A stretch of DNA of 51,677 nucleotides, from positions 1-51,677 of the IMG/VR virus record IMGVR_UViG_3300036770_006530. One strand, written 5' to 3'. Positions 44,573 to 51,677 of the stretch are shown one piece after another. The notes under the pieces were generated by a model. It saw nothing but the letters and a program-made list of their open reading frames with translations. It did no database searches and was not told the origin of the DNA. Numbering within the stretch: the stretch's first letter is position 1; each line of letters opens with the position of its first letter. A program made the position numbers and the translations under genes. This DNA is from a virus.

Positions 44573-44851
44573 TCACGGCACTGCCTGCGCCGCGATCAGC
44601 GCCCTGACCCTGCCCAAACGATCACGACAATCATCACCCGCATCGGCCAGAGCCAGGATGTAGATGGCCAGCTCCCGATCATCCGTCAGGGCCAGCGGGG
44701 GCGGGGGTTGTGGCTGGCAAGAGAGGAGGCCGTCCGGCACCGCGATCCGATGCATCTCCACTTTGGGCAGGACCTGCGGCGCGCTCCCGCAGCCCGTCAA
44801 GGACAGCACCGACAGCAGGGCTGTCAGCGCAAGCATGTGTGATCGGTGCAT
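44573..44851 (-). CDS. o-spanin (outer-membrane lipoprotein, Rz1-like)
   Basis: Lipobox LSLTGC after MHRSHMLALTALLSV. The 5' part overlaps the i-spanin gene out of frame. Confidence 0.7.
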   Translation of the reverse strand: MHRSHMLALTALLSVLSLTGCGSAPQVLPKVEMHRIAVPDGLLSCQPQPPPPLALTDDRELAIYILALADAGDDCRDRLGRVRALIAAQAVP

Positions 44852-45134
44852 CGACGATCCTCCGTTGGATGTTCATGCTGGCGAGAAGTCGGACACGTTC
44901 TGCGGCGGCGGCATCGGTAACAGCCTGCACATTGCGCGCACTCATGGCGGTTACGGCCTCAACCGCCCGGGCATTGCCCCGCGCGATTTCGGACGCCAGC
45001 GCCTCTGCCTGGCGGGCGGCAATCAGGTCCTGGCCACGGCCATGCCATGACCACAACAAGGCGGCCATGGCCAGCGCAGATGCCGCCAGACCAATCACGG
45101 TGCGGTAGCGCCAAAGCATCATCAGGATAGTCAT
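44679..45134 (-). CDS. i-spanin (Rz-like: N-terminal TM plus coiled coil)
   Basis: ATG at 45134 in a TGATG overlap with the holin stop. MTILMMLWRYRTVIGLAASALAMAALLW followed by an Ala/Arg-rich helix. Confidence 0.65.
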   Translation of the reverse strand: MTILMMLWRYRTVIGLAASALAMAALLWSWHGRGQDLIAARQAEALASEIARGNARAVEAVTAMSARNVQAVTDAAAAERVRLLASMNIQRRIVDAPITHACADSPAVGAVLDGLRERAAGPAQSGDASDRGAGRPPLLPATTPAPAGPDG

Positions 45135-45376
45135 CACGCCCCCTTGCGCATGCTCAACCATGCACCGATCCGCTCCACCATCGCGCCACCCGGGCCGATC
45201 AGGATGCTGCCCAGGACGATGGTGGAGCCGACATCGAGGAAGCTGTTTGCCCGCGCATCGGACAGCCACGGCGTGGCACCAATGACAAGGCAGCCGGCAC
45301 CGATAACGACGCCAGCCCACAGCAGCTGATACCGCCGTTTCGACCAGGCGGGAGTGTCAGGAAAGGCATCGCTCAT
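45134..45376 (-). CDS. Holin candidate (two TM helices)
   Basis: 80 aa. LLWAGVVIGAGCLVIGATPWL and VGSTIVLGSILIGPGGAMV. Positioned between the endolysin and spanins. Confidence 0.6.
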   Translation of the reverse strand: MSDAFPDTPAWSKRRYQLLWAGVVIGAGCLVIGATPWLSDARANSFLDVGSTIVLGSILIGPGGAMVERIGAWLSMRKGA

Positions 45377-45732
45377 TGCAGTTCCTCTGTCGGGATATCT
45401 GGCAGATCGACAACCTGCCCGGCCAGAGCGTGGGTGCTGTCGGCGCAGAATTCGATCCGGCCGGCGCGGATGAAGTAGTGGCAGCGCCTTTCAGGCCGAC
45501 CTGCCTTGATGTTGAGGGACATCCTGATGCTGATCGACGGGCTGAACGTCGGCGCGGCCGCGTTGCCGTCGAATGTCCATTGCGCCCCGTTTCGGAACGG
45601 CATGTCGACCGCGATCTGGTGAATGCAGTTGCAGCCAGGACACCAGTGCTCATGCAGGATCAGACCCGGGCTGCCGTCCTGCATGGGGTATTCGCGTCTT
45701 ACGAGCTTTGGGCTCAGGGCCATACCGAACAT
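45373..45732 (-). CDS. DUF6527-like Cys/His protein
   Basis: HEHWCPGCNCIHQI...WTFDGNAAAPTFSPSI...RCHYFIRAGRIEFCADSTH pattern. Coupled between the endolysin and holin genes. Confidence 0.55.
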   Translation of the reverse strand: MFGMALSPKLVRREYPMQDGSPGLILHEHWCPGCNCIHQIAVDMPFRNGAQWTFDGNAAAPTFSPSISIRMSLNIKAGRPERRCHYFIRAGRIEFCADSTHALAGQVVDLPDIPTEELQ

Positions 45733-45733
45733 T

Positions 45734-46213
45734 TCACCCTCCGACCGGATAGAAGCGGGCCGACAGTTCGAAATGCGGGCCGTCCAGGAAGGGGTTCTTT
45801 CCCCTTCGCCGGCAGGCATCGACATAGGCGGATGATAGTGTCTCCGCGCTGGCCACCAGATCTACACCCGGCCCCATTTCCCAGTCCCAGGCACCACCCC
45901 AACGCAGGGGAACGGCCTCCATCTTCGCCGCGCGGAACATCGCATCGGCCAGATGGTAGAACAGCGGCCAGTCCCACCGCAGCTCGCCAGCGATGGCAGG
46001 TGCAATATCGACAGCATGGCCAGTCAGGTGCCGGCTTGCCATCGTCCGACTGGCGCCGGCGGTTACCAGCTCCATCTGACGGGCTTGCGTGCGCAGACCC
46101 TCCGTAACGGCAAAGTCGATGCTGGTCAGTTCCAGCGCACGGCGGGTTACCCGCACCAGATGCGGATGAACACCGACCAGACGTTGTTCGCTCTTCGCTC
46201 CAAATCGGAACAT
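45734..46213 (-). CDS. Endolysin, M15 (VanY-like) peptidase
   Basis: GGAGGG SD. SRHLTGHAVDIAP and DGPHFEL zinc-ligand motifs. Confidence 0.8.
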   Translation of the reverse strand: MFRFGAKSEQRLVGVHPHLVRVTRRALELTSIDFAVTEGLRTQARQMELVTAGASRTMASRHLTGHAVDIAPAIAGELRWDWPLFYHLADAMFRAAKMEAVPLRWGGAWDWEMGPGVDLVASAETLSSAYVDACRRRGKNPFLDGPHFELSARFYPVGG

Positions 46214-46226
46214 GGTCCCTCCAATG

Positions 46227-46251
46227 AAAAGCCCGGCACGATGGCCGGGCT
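46227..46251 (-). terminator. Hairpin AGCCCGGC/GCCGGGCT followed by TTTC, just upstream of the endolysin SD
   Basis: 8-bp stem. Possibly an attenuator inside the lysis cassette. Confidence 0.4.
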
Positions 46252-46280
46252 GTGATCGAAATGGGCTCACAAGAGGCGGA

Positions 46281-46628
46281 TCAGGCGGCGTCACTGATCC
46301 TGTTCATCCGGCTCCACAGATCGCGAATGCCGGTTTCGACGCGCGCCATGGCGTCGGTGTGATGGGCGACCGTCGTGCCGATCTTAGCGATCTCCTCCCG
46401 CGCTTCGGCGAAGGCTTTGCGTCCCGCCTTGTCGTTGGCGATGTTCTCTTCCGCGTGCCCCATCCGCGCCTTCAGAAGTGCCAGCTCCGTCTTGATTTCG
46501 TTGAGTTGCGCCGGCATTCCATCCAACTGTTTGAACTTCGCACCGATCAGCCATTTGACGCCGGCGATCACGCCACCGGCAGCAAGTGTCAACACAGCGC
46601 CGGCAATTGCATCCCCCCCAAGGTCCAT
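46281..46628 (-). CDS. TM plus coiled-coil protein (DUF2730-like; possible holin partner/antiholin)
   Basis: ATG at 46628 after GAGGGG. AIAGAVLTLAAGGVIAGVKWLIG followed by a helical region. Confidence 0.5.
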   Translation of the reverse strand: MDLGGDAIAGAVLTLAAGGVIAGVKWLIGAKFKQLDGMPAQLNEIKTELALLKARMGHAEENIANDKAGRKAFAEAREEIAKIGTTVAHHTDAMARVETGIRDLWSRMNRISDAA

Positions 46629-46636
46629 GATGCCCC

Positions 46637-47080
46637 TCAATCCATGATGGTCGTGCGCCACACACCCGGCTCTGCCGCGCGCATGCCGGCGCCCCAGGTA
46701 TAGGGCAGGGTGGAGGCCAGGACGGGCCCGGCGGGCTGGCAGTTGTCAATGATCAGCGGGTCATCACCATTGACGCCAAGGGCGCAGACCATGTGATCGA
46801 TCAGCTGCGGATCACCCCGACGCTTGGTATCGACCATGACAATGCGTACATGCTCCGGCGGCACGCCGGCGGCCAGCGCCAGTTCCGCCGCCGTGATGGC
46901 ACAGCCATCGCAATCGTCGCGATAGCGATGACGCGGATCCGCCAGGATGAACCAAGCATGCGACCGCCAGTCATCTGGGCGGGCCGTCGTGGTCATGTCA
47001 GGGCGGTAATCGAGATTGCCCACGGCCTGACGGTGGACCTCGCGGGCCACGGCAATCAGGGGGCGGGGTTCTGGGGGCAT
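46637..47080 (-). CDS. Transglutaminase-like cysteine peptidase-like protein (BTLCP-like)
   Basis: DDCDGCAITAAELALAAGVP...IDHMVCAL...PLIIDN matches the Cys-His-Asp spacing of that family. Confidence 0.5.
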   Translation of the reverse strand: MPPEPRPLIAVAREVHRQAVGNLDYRPDMTTTARPDDWRSHAWFILADPRHRYRDDCDGCAITAAELALAAGVPPEHVRIVMVDTKRRGDPQLIDHMVCALGVNGDDPLIIDNCQPAGPVLASTLPYTWGAGMRAAEPGVWRTTIMD

Positions 47081-47217
47081 AACGGGCTCTCCGGTTGGAT
47101 GATGCAGCGGTAGACGTCCTGATAGGGACGCTGGACGATATCGCCGTCACGCAGGCGCGGCGGGGTGGTGCAGGCCGCCAGCAGCAGCACCAGGCCCAAG
47201 CAGGCGAGCGCCTTCAC
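47056..47217 (-). CDS. 53-aa lipoprotein (not in the ORF track)
   Basis: GTG start in a GTGA overlap with the tail-collar gene stop. My translation is (M)KALACLGLVLLLAACTTPPRLRDGDIVQRPYQDVYRCIIQPESPLCPQNPAP, with lipobox LAAC. Confidence 0.5.
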   Translation of the reverse strand: MKALACLGLVLLLAACTTPPRLRDGDIVQRPYQDVYRCIIQPESPLCPQNPAP

Positions 47218-47633
47218 AGGCGCACCGCCCAACAGGTCACCGCGCGATGTACGATTATTGTCTCCTCCGGATCGGTGCCGGGGATGGGCACTACCTCCGT
47301 CTCATGCCCCCCACCGGGCACGGCGACACGCTTGCCGTCGCGGCGCGGCAAGTTGAAGGTGGTGGTGCCGTCGCCGGCACCGGCGGAGGTGCCGAAGAGC
47401 GCAAAGAGGCTGGCATAGGTGGTGCGCGACAGCTCCGCCCCGTCCAGGATACGCCAGCCGGTCGGGGGCGACGGCCCCCAGAATTCCTGGATACACAGCC
47501 GGGGGGCCACATGTTCGGCCACCTCATCCAGGGTTAGCTGGTAGGAGCCACCCCCCCGTTCGATTTCAATTTGGTCACCCCCTTGGGCACCACCCGGGGC
47601 GGGGCCAAGGTCACTGATTTTCACAGAGGACAT
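47214..47633 (-). CDS. Tail fibre protein with a phage tail-collar domain
   Basis: GGAG SD. GWRILDGAELSRTTYASLFALFGTSAGAGDGTTTFNLP is a collar-domain signature. Confidence 0.75.
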   Translation of the reverse strand: MSSVKISDLGPAPGGAQGGDQIEIERGGGSYQLTLDEVAEHVAPRLCIQEFWGPSPPTGWRILDGAELSRTTYASLFALFGTSAGAGDGTTTFNLPRRDGKRVAVPGGGHETEVVPIPGTDPEETIIVHRAVTCWAVRL

Positions 47634-47647
47634 GATATCTCCATGGG

Positions 47648-48919
47648 TCAGAAGATGCGCCGCCATCCCTGGACGGCGCGGACATAGACAGCCTGGGGCT
47701 GGGCCCAGCCCGTGGGCGTGAGCACCCGGGGCGTGATCGGCACCCATCCGCCAGCGGCGCGATAGCGCATGGAAGGCGCAAAGGCCGTGCGCGTGGCCGT
47801 CAGCCGGGCGGTGCCAACGGCTTGTGCCGCCCAGGCCCCGCCATGGCGCTGACGGGCCCGAGCGGCGAACGTGGCCGCACCATGCCCTTCGAAGGCCGCG
47901 AACGTGGTTCGCCGCCCCGCGATCATGGTGGCGCTGCCACTGGTCAGGGACAGGCTACCCCGCCGCCGCACTGTGCCAGCGGGGTGGAATTGACCCGTTG
48001 AGGCCCAGGACACCGCACCTTCCCGGCGCACTGTGCCGGCAGCGGTGCCGGTAACCGAACCCGCCGCCGCGAAGCCCCCCGCCTGTCGATGGATGGGGGC
48101 AAGGGGGCCGGCAGCCGGGGACGCCCGCGCCGACCAGGCCGCAGCCGCCCGCAGCCGGGACGGGAACGGCTGGCAGGGCGCACCCGTCACGCGCGGACGG
48201 CCATCACCGACATGCCGGGGGGCACCATCCACGACGCAGCGGGTACCGGCGCTGTTGGCGGATGCGCTGAACCCGCCCTGGATCCTGCGAACCCCGGACA
48301 GGGCCATGGCCCCGGCCGCCGATGCGGCAAAGCCGGACGGTATGCGCAGGGACGGTGTGGCACTGAACTGGCCAGACGCCGACCAGGCCAGGGATCCGGC
48401 CATTCGATGGCTGCCGCCAAGATCCTGTCCACCGCCTTGTGCCCGCCAGCACAGGCCGCTGGCGGCCCGCAGTTGGGCAGCGGGCAGGGGCGCTGGGACC
48501 CCCGTCTGCCGCCGGCCGCCATCCGTGACCTGACGCGGATCGCCCGCGCCGGTGACACGGATACCGCCAGCATTAGCGCAGGCAGCAAAGCTACCCGCCA
48601 CACGCCGGACGGCGGCGAAACTGGCATCGCCCGCCCCGGCGCCAGACCACGCCGCCATCATGCGGGCCGCCGGCACCGCCAGAAGGTGACCGGATGCCGC
48701 CGCACTGAAGCCCCCGTGATGGCTCTGGCGGACGCGGGCAACCATGGAGGTGGACGCCGCCCAGGACAGGCTTGCGACCTGCCCATGCGTGGTGGTCAGG
48801 GGCGGGGCCGCCTGCCCGGCGGCGCGCGGGCGGCCTGCCCCGTCAACACGCGGGATCCCGTCGGGCGTGATACGCCGCCGCCCACAGGCAAGCGCCTTGA
48901 ACCCGCCTGCATGGCGCAT
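47648..48919 (-). CDS. Arg/Gly/Ala-rich repeat protein of the fibre module
   Basis: 423 aa with about 11 degenerate 19-22-aa repeats (VRR.GGF.A.A.G...), three inserts of the type R.V.DG.PR.TG, and the C-terminus GGWVPITPRVLTPTGWAQPQAVYVRAVQGWRRIF. GC3-rich codons. Confidence 0.6.
   Translation of the reverse strand: MRHAGGFKALACGRRRITPDGIPRVDGAGRPRAAGQAAPPLTTTHGQVASLSWAASTSMVARVRQSHHGGFSAAASGHLLAVPAARMMAAWSGAGAGDASFAAVRRVAGSFAACANAGGIRVTGAGDPRQVTDGGRRQTGVPAPLPAAQLRAASGLCWRAQGGGQDLGGSHRMAGSLAWSASGQFSATPSLRIPSGFAASAAGAMALSGVRRIQGGFSASANSAGTRCVVDGAPRHVGDGRPRVTGAPCQPFPSRLRAAAAWSARASPAAGPLAPIHRQAGGFAAAGSVTGTAAGTVRREGAVSWASTGQFHPAGTVRRRGSLSLTSGSATMIAGRRTTFAAFEGHGAATFAARARQRHGGAWAAQAVGTARLTATRTAFAPSMRYRAAGGWVPITPRVLTPTGWAQPQAVYVRAVQGWRRIF
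47898..47912. repeat. Dispersed palindrome copy 14 (spacer GTG)
   Basis: Inside 47648..48919. Confidence 0.9.
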
Positions 48920-48922
48920 GGT

Positions 48923-49315
48923 TTACCCCATGGTCAGGTTGATCGTCCCAATGGCGAAGTCCAGATAATCGCCGTTCAGCATCAGGCGCTGATCTTCCAG
49001 CGGCCCGTGCCACAGCATGTTGCCGTCTGTTTCGGCGTCCATGATCTTGGCGTGGGTAACGGTTCCCCAGTCACCGCCCGACGCGGTAAAGGTCACCACA
49101 TTGGTGTTGGCGATGGTGCCGTCGGGGGAGGAGGCCGGGCCAAAGCTGATCGACTGCCGCACATAGCCATTGTCGACCACTTCCGTGCCGGCACCGGCAT
49201 CATTGGTGGCGCTGGTGCAGAGCGCCAGATACCAGCTGGTGGGCCGCGTGACGGCTTCGGTCGTCATGAGAAAATCAAGCAGCAGTTTTTCAGCATAGTT
49301 GGACAGCTGGGACAT
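48923..49315 (-). CDS. Conserved virion-module protein (fibre-associated)
   Basis: 130 aa, SNYAEKLLLDFLM...WYLALCTSATND..GTEV.DNGYVRQSISF. Confidence 0.55.
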   Translation of the reverse strand: MSQLSNYAEKLLLDFLMTTEAVTRPTSWYLALCTSATNDAGAGTEVVDNGYVRQSISFGPASSPDGTIANTNVVTFTASGGDWGTVTHAKIMDAETDGNMLWHGPLEDQRLMLNGDYLDFAIGTINLTMG

Positions 49316-49332
49316 GATGACCTTCCTGAATG

Positions 49333-49854
49333 TTAAGCGGTTGTCTGAAACCAGATGTCGCCAACGGTTCCGCCCGACGGGGCGGCGGTGGAGACGGTGA
49401 TACGGGCAAAGGTTTCGGCTAGGGCGGCGGCATCGGCCTCCGCGGCGACGGCCACATCCCGGGCTGCCTGGGCTTCGTCGCGCGCGGCACGGGCCTGTTG
49501 CACGGCTTCCGACCCTTCGACCGCCACCGCTGTCTGAACGGACAGGGCAGCGACCGCACGGTTGAAAACGGTCACGACATTGACATCGCCGCGCGCCATC
49601 AGCGGTGCGCCGCTGGTGGGATCAAAGTCCCGGACGATGGCATAGGCAGCATTGGCCAGGGATACGCCCGGCCACCCGATTTCCAGGTGGAGGACCGTGT
49701 CGGATATGACCGATGCCACGAAGGCCGCCGGCCCATCGGCCCCGACGATCAGCATGTGCCCCGGCTGGATATTGGACAGCCAGGCCGTACCGACGCCGGT
49801 AACGACGGGATCGGCCAACTGCACCGTGACGGTGCCATCACGATACTGGCTCAT
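49333..49854 (-). CDS. Tail fibre-related protein
   Basis: ATGA coupling. MSQYRDGTVTVQLADPVVTGVGTAWLSNIQPGHML N-terminus and an Ala-rich coiled C-terminal part. Confidence 0.55.
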   Translation of the reverse strand: MSQYRDGTVTVQLADPVVTGVGTAWLSNIQPGHMLIVGADGPAAFVASVISDTVLHLEIGWPGVSLANAAYAIVRDFDPTSGAPLMARGDVNVVTVFNRAVAALSVQTAVAVEGSEAVQQARAARDEAQAARDVAVAAEADAAALAETFARITVSTAAPSGGTVGDIWFQTTA

Positions 49855-50471
49855 GCCGGCACCTCGGGCGGATAGGGGAGAGAGGCTTTGATGCCGGCGA
49901 AATCGACTAGCATCTGATCCAGCTTGGCGCTGTTGCCGCCAGAAGCGTCGGCATGCGCCTCTGCCTGCTGCGGCAAGGGCCACGCCGCCAGATATCGCCG
50001 CTGGCGTAAGGCGGCGATTTCGTCCCGCGTTTTGTGCAGGATGATGGCGCCGGCTTCCGGCGCTGGCGGGTCACCGCTGCCCGCAACCTCCACCCGCATG
50101 CGGTGTGGGCGCGCGGGGAAGGCATCCACCACGATTTCATAGGTGCCGGGCCACGCCGCCTGCAGGAGCTGCTGTCCCGCCGATACCGACAGCGCGGTAT
50201 CGCCCACAGTGATGGTGCCGGCATAGGGCAGCACCAGCGCCTGTGTGTCGCCCTGGGTCAGGGTCAGGGTGGCGGGCCAGTTCAGCCAGGGGCGCACCCG
50301 TAGCACGGGCGCCCCCCCTGAGAGATCGACCCAATCATCGGCGCCCGCCCCCGCCACGCCGTCCAGGCGGGCGCAGCCTGCCCGGTGCTGCATGAACAGG
50401 TCATCATCAGGGCATGTGCCCCCCTGCATGACCCTGCCTGTGGCGGGGTCATAGTGCGTGTACTCAGCCAT
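49851..50471 (-). CDS. Hypothetical tail-module protein
   Basis: 206 aa located directly after the J-like gene. Confidence 0.5.
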   Translation of the reverse strand: MAEYTHYDPATGRVMQGGTCPDDDLFMQHRAGCARLDGVAGAGADDWVDLSGGAPVLRVRPWLNWPATLTLTQGDTQALVLPYAGTITVGDTALSVSAGQQLLQAAWPGTYEIVVDAFPARPHRMRVEVAGSGDPPAPEAGAIILHKTRDEIAALRQRRYLAAWPLPQQAEAHADASGGNSAKLDQMLVDFAGIKASLPYPPEVPA

Positions 50472-50478
50472 GTGTGAT

Positions 50479-51677
50479 TTACTCCGTCAGCAAAGCCGTG
50501 ACGATGAAGCGGACGCCATCGGCGTTGATGGACTGGCCACCTTGCCGATTGAGCACCAGGCTGTAGGTGGAGACGGCACCGGGCGGGCTGGTGTCGATGT
50601 AGCTGGTGGCCAAGCTGCCTTGCGCCACACCGATATCGTCCAGATAGTCCAGGCCGCTTTTCGACACGACGCTGTTCCACCGGGCGATCTCTCCCCCGTC
50701 GCGGCGCAGCGATATGTCGATATTGGCATTGGGCACGCCGGAATTGACGATCACCGTTGCCACCCCGGTGACCTCCAACCGCACCTTGCGGCCATTGTGC
50801 GAGATGGTGAGCGACCCGACCTGTGTGTCGCCTTCCGGCAGCCCCCCAGGCGGGGATGACCAGCTGGAGGTCTGCGCGGAATTGGTGATGCTTCCCGGCA
50901 CGATTTGGGCCGTGCCCACCACCTGCACGCCCAGGCCATTGGCACCCAGGATCAAGTCACCATTGGCTTTCCAGACGTTGATCCCAGCATCGGCCCCGTT
51001 GCGGTACATCTCCACCCGGCGGCGGGTGCCATCAAAGAAGAACAGCGTCTGACGGTTGGTGTTGCCGTCATCCGCTGCCCGAAGGTACATCCCGGCGGCA
51101 CCCAGATAGGGAGCGCCCATGCGGATCTCACCCGCCGTGATCACGCCACCCGTGAACTGCGAGGCGGACACCGATCCGGCATAAAGTGCGCCGTTGATCA
51201 CGACCGTCGGCAGACCCGTGACAGGATCTGTACCGGCAGCAAAGATATACCGGTTGCCTGTCTCACCCGGCAGGGACACCGAGAATTTATCCGCCACCAC
51301 GGCGAAGTGCGAGACCGTCGCGCCGTTGATGGGTGCCGATGCCAGACCGTAACCGGCGACCTTGCCATTGACGTCAATCTTCACCGTGTATTGGGCCGAC
51401 AGGCCGTCAATGCTGCTCTGCTGCGTGGAAATGGCCGAACTGTTGTTGCCAACCGTCGTGCTTAACGTGCTGACGGAAGATGCCACCGCACCGACGGCAG
51501 TGGCTCGTGCCGACGCCTCCGTGGCAATCGCGGCATGGGCGGCGGGCAGACCGGTGGTGACATTGTTGACCTGCGCCGACAGGGCAGTGATGGCGCTGGC
51601 ATTGGCGCTGTCACCACTTGCCCGTGCCGACGCCTCCGTGGCAATCGCGGCATGGGCGGCGGGCAGACCGGTGGTGA
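50479..51677 (-). CDS. Host-specificity J-like protein, C-terminal part (continuation of 1..3278 across the junction)
   Basis: The frame is open from the right edge to the stop at 50479. It includes the 40-aa repeats and the C-terminal ...SAISTQQSSIDGLSAQYTVKIDVNGKVAGYGLA... region typical of J-type tip proteins. Confidence 0.8.
   Translation of the reverse strand, partial: TTGLPAAHAAIATEASARASGDSANASAITALSAQVNNVTTGLPAAHAAIATEASARATAVGAVASSVSTLSTTVGNNSSAISTQQSSIDGLSAQYTVKIDVNGKVAGYGLASAPINGATVSHFAVVADKFSVSLPGETGNRYIFAAGTDPVTGLPTVVINGALYAGSVSASQFTGGVITAGEIRMGAPYLGAAGMYLRAADDGNTNRQTLFFFDGTRRRVEMYRNGADAGINVWKANGDLILGANGLGVQVVGTAQIVPGSITNSAQTSSWSSPPGGLPEGDTQVGSLTISHNGRKVRLEVTGVATVIVNSGVPNANIDISLRRDGGEIARWNSVVSKSGLDYLDDIGVAQGSLATSYIDTSPPGAVSTYSLVLNRQGGQSINADGVRFIVTALLTE
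51495..51677. repeat. Continuation of the 120-bp tandem array at the right edge
   Basis: 51498..51550 matches the second half of a unit. 51551..51677 equals unit 1. Confidence 0.85.
51551..51677. repeat. Terminal overlap copy B (identical to 1..127)
   Basis: Base-by-base identity. Confidence 0.9.

Larger units (their letters stand above)
1..51677. mobile_element. Complete circular phage-plasmid-like genome (lambda-like siphovirus virion/lysis genes plus RepA/ParA plasmid maintenance); about 51,550 unique bp
   Basis: Exact 127-nt identity of 1..127 and 51551..51677. The J-like reading frame is continuous across the junction. There is a full head/tail/lysis gene set plus repA with iterons, parA and a resolvase. 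No integrase-like ORF was seen. Confidence 0.7.

Noticed and set aside
44174-44842. 222-aa plus-strand ORF, and the 63-aa minus ORF 44164..44355
   Set aside because: Both read through the LexA box, the intrinsic terminator or the spanin genes. Their composition is not protein-like.
3300-47912. GCGAAC-N3-GTTCGC as a LexA (Cheo-type) box
   Set aside because: The Cheo box is GAAC-N4-GTTC and the alphaproteobacterial box is the direct repeat GAAC-N7-GAAC. Spacing here is strictly 3, and a bona fide GAAC-N7-GAAC box exists separately at 44167.

Overview
The window is visibly GC-rich. Its first 127 nt are identical to its last 127 nt, so it is most likely one complete, circularly closed replicon of about 51,550 unique bp. 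I read it as a temperate siphovirus-type phage-plasmid from an alphaproteobacterium. All family names below come from motifs read by eye, because no searches could be run. One long minus-strand block (19485 down to 1, continuing 51677 down to 44573) carries a lambda-like virion and lysis set. In order it holds small and large terminase (GpA-like), gpW, lambda-type portal, S49 protease, scaffold, decoration protein, E-family capsid and neck proteins. It continues with the tail tube, a G/GT chaperone with a GGGAAAC -1 slippery site, tape measure, distal tail proteins and a 1450-codon J-like protein that crosses the contig junction. Last come fibre genes, an M15 endolysin, a holin and overlapping spanins. 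The remainder is maintenance and control:
- a PrimPol plus P-loop helicase next to a CGTAAGG repeat array
- hicAB
- an NPPY methyltransferase
- a three-regulator immunity region
- a rightward early operon with a stand-alone FtsK-gamma domain, an 866-aa ParB-like protein, a GcrA-like protein and an ASCH protein
- a ParA/RHH partition locus
- an RPA-type RepA flanked by 10 iterons
- a serine resolvase
- an SRAP operon behind a GAAC-N7-GAAC LexA box
I found no integrase, tRNA, rRNA or CRISPR. The most unusual observations are:
- 14 evenly dispersed copies of the palindrome GCGAAC-N3-GTTCGC
- a reverse-oriented membrane/WYL-like two-gene cassette splitting the tail chaperone from the tape measure
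- two separate replication modules
- an SOS-boxed small gene that may act as an antirepressor
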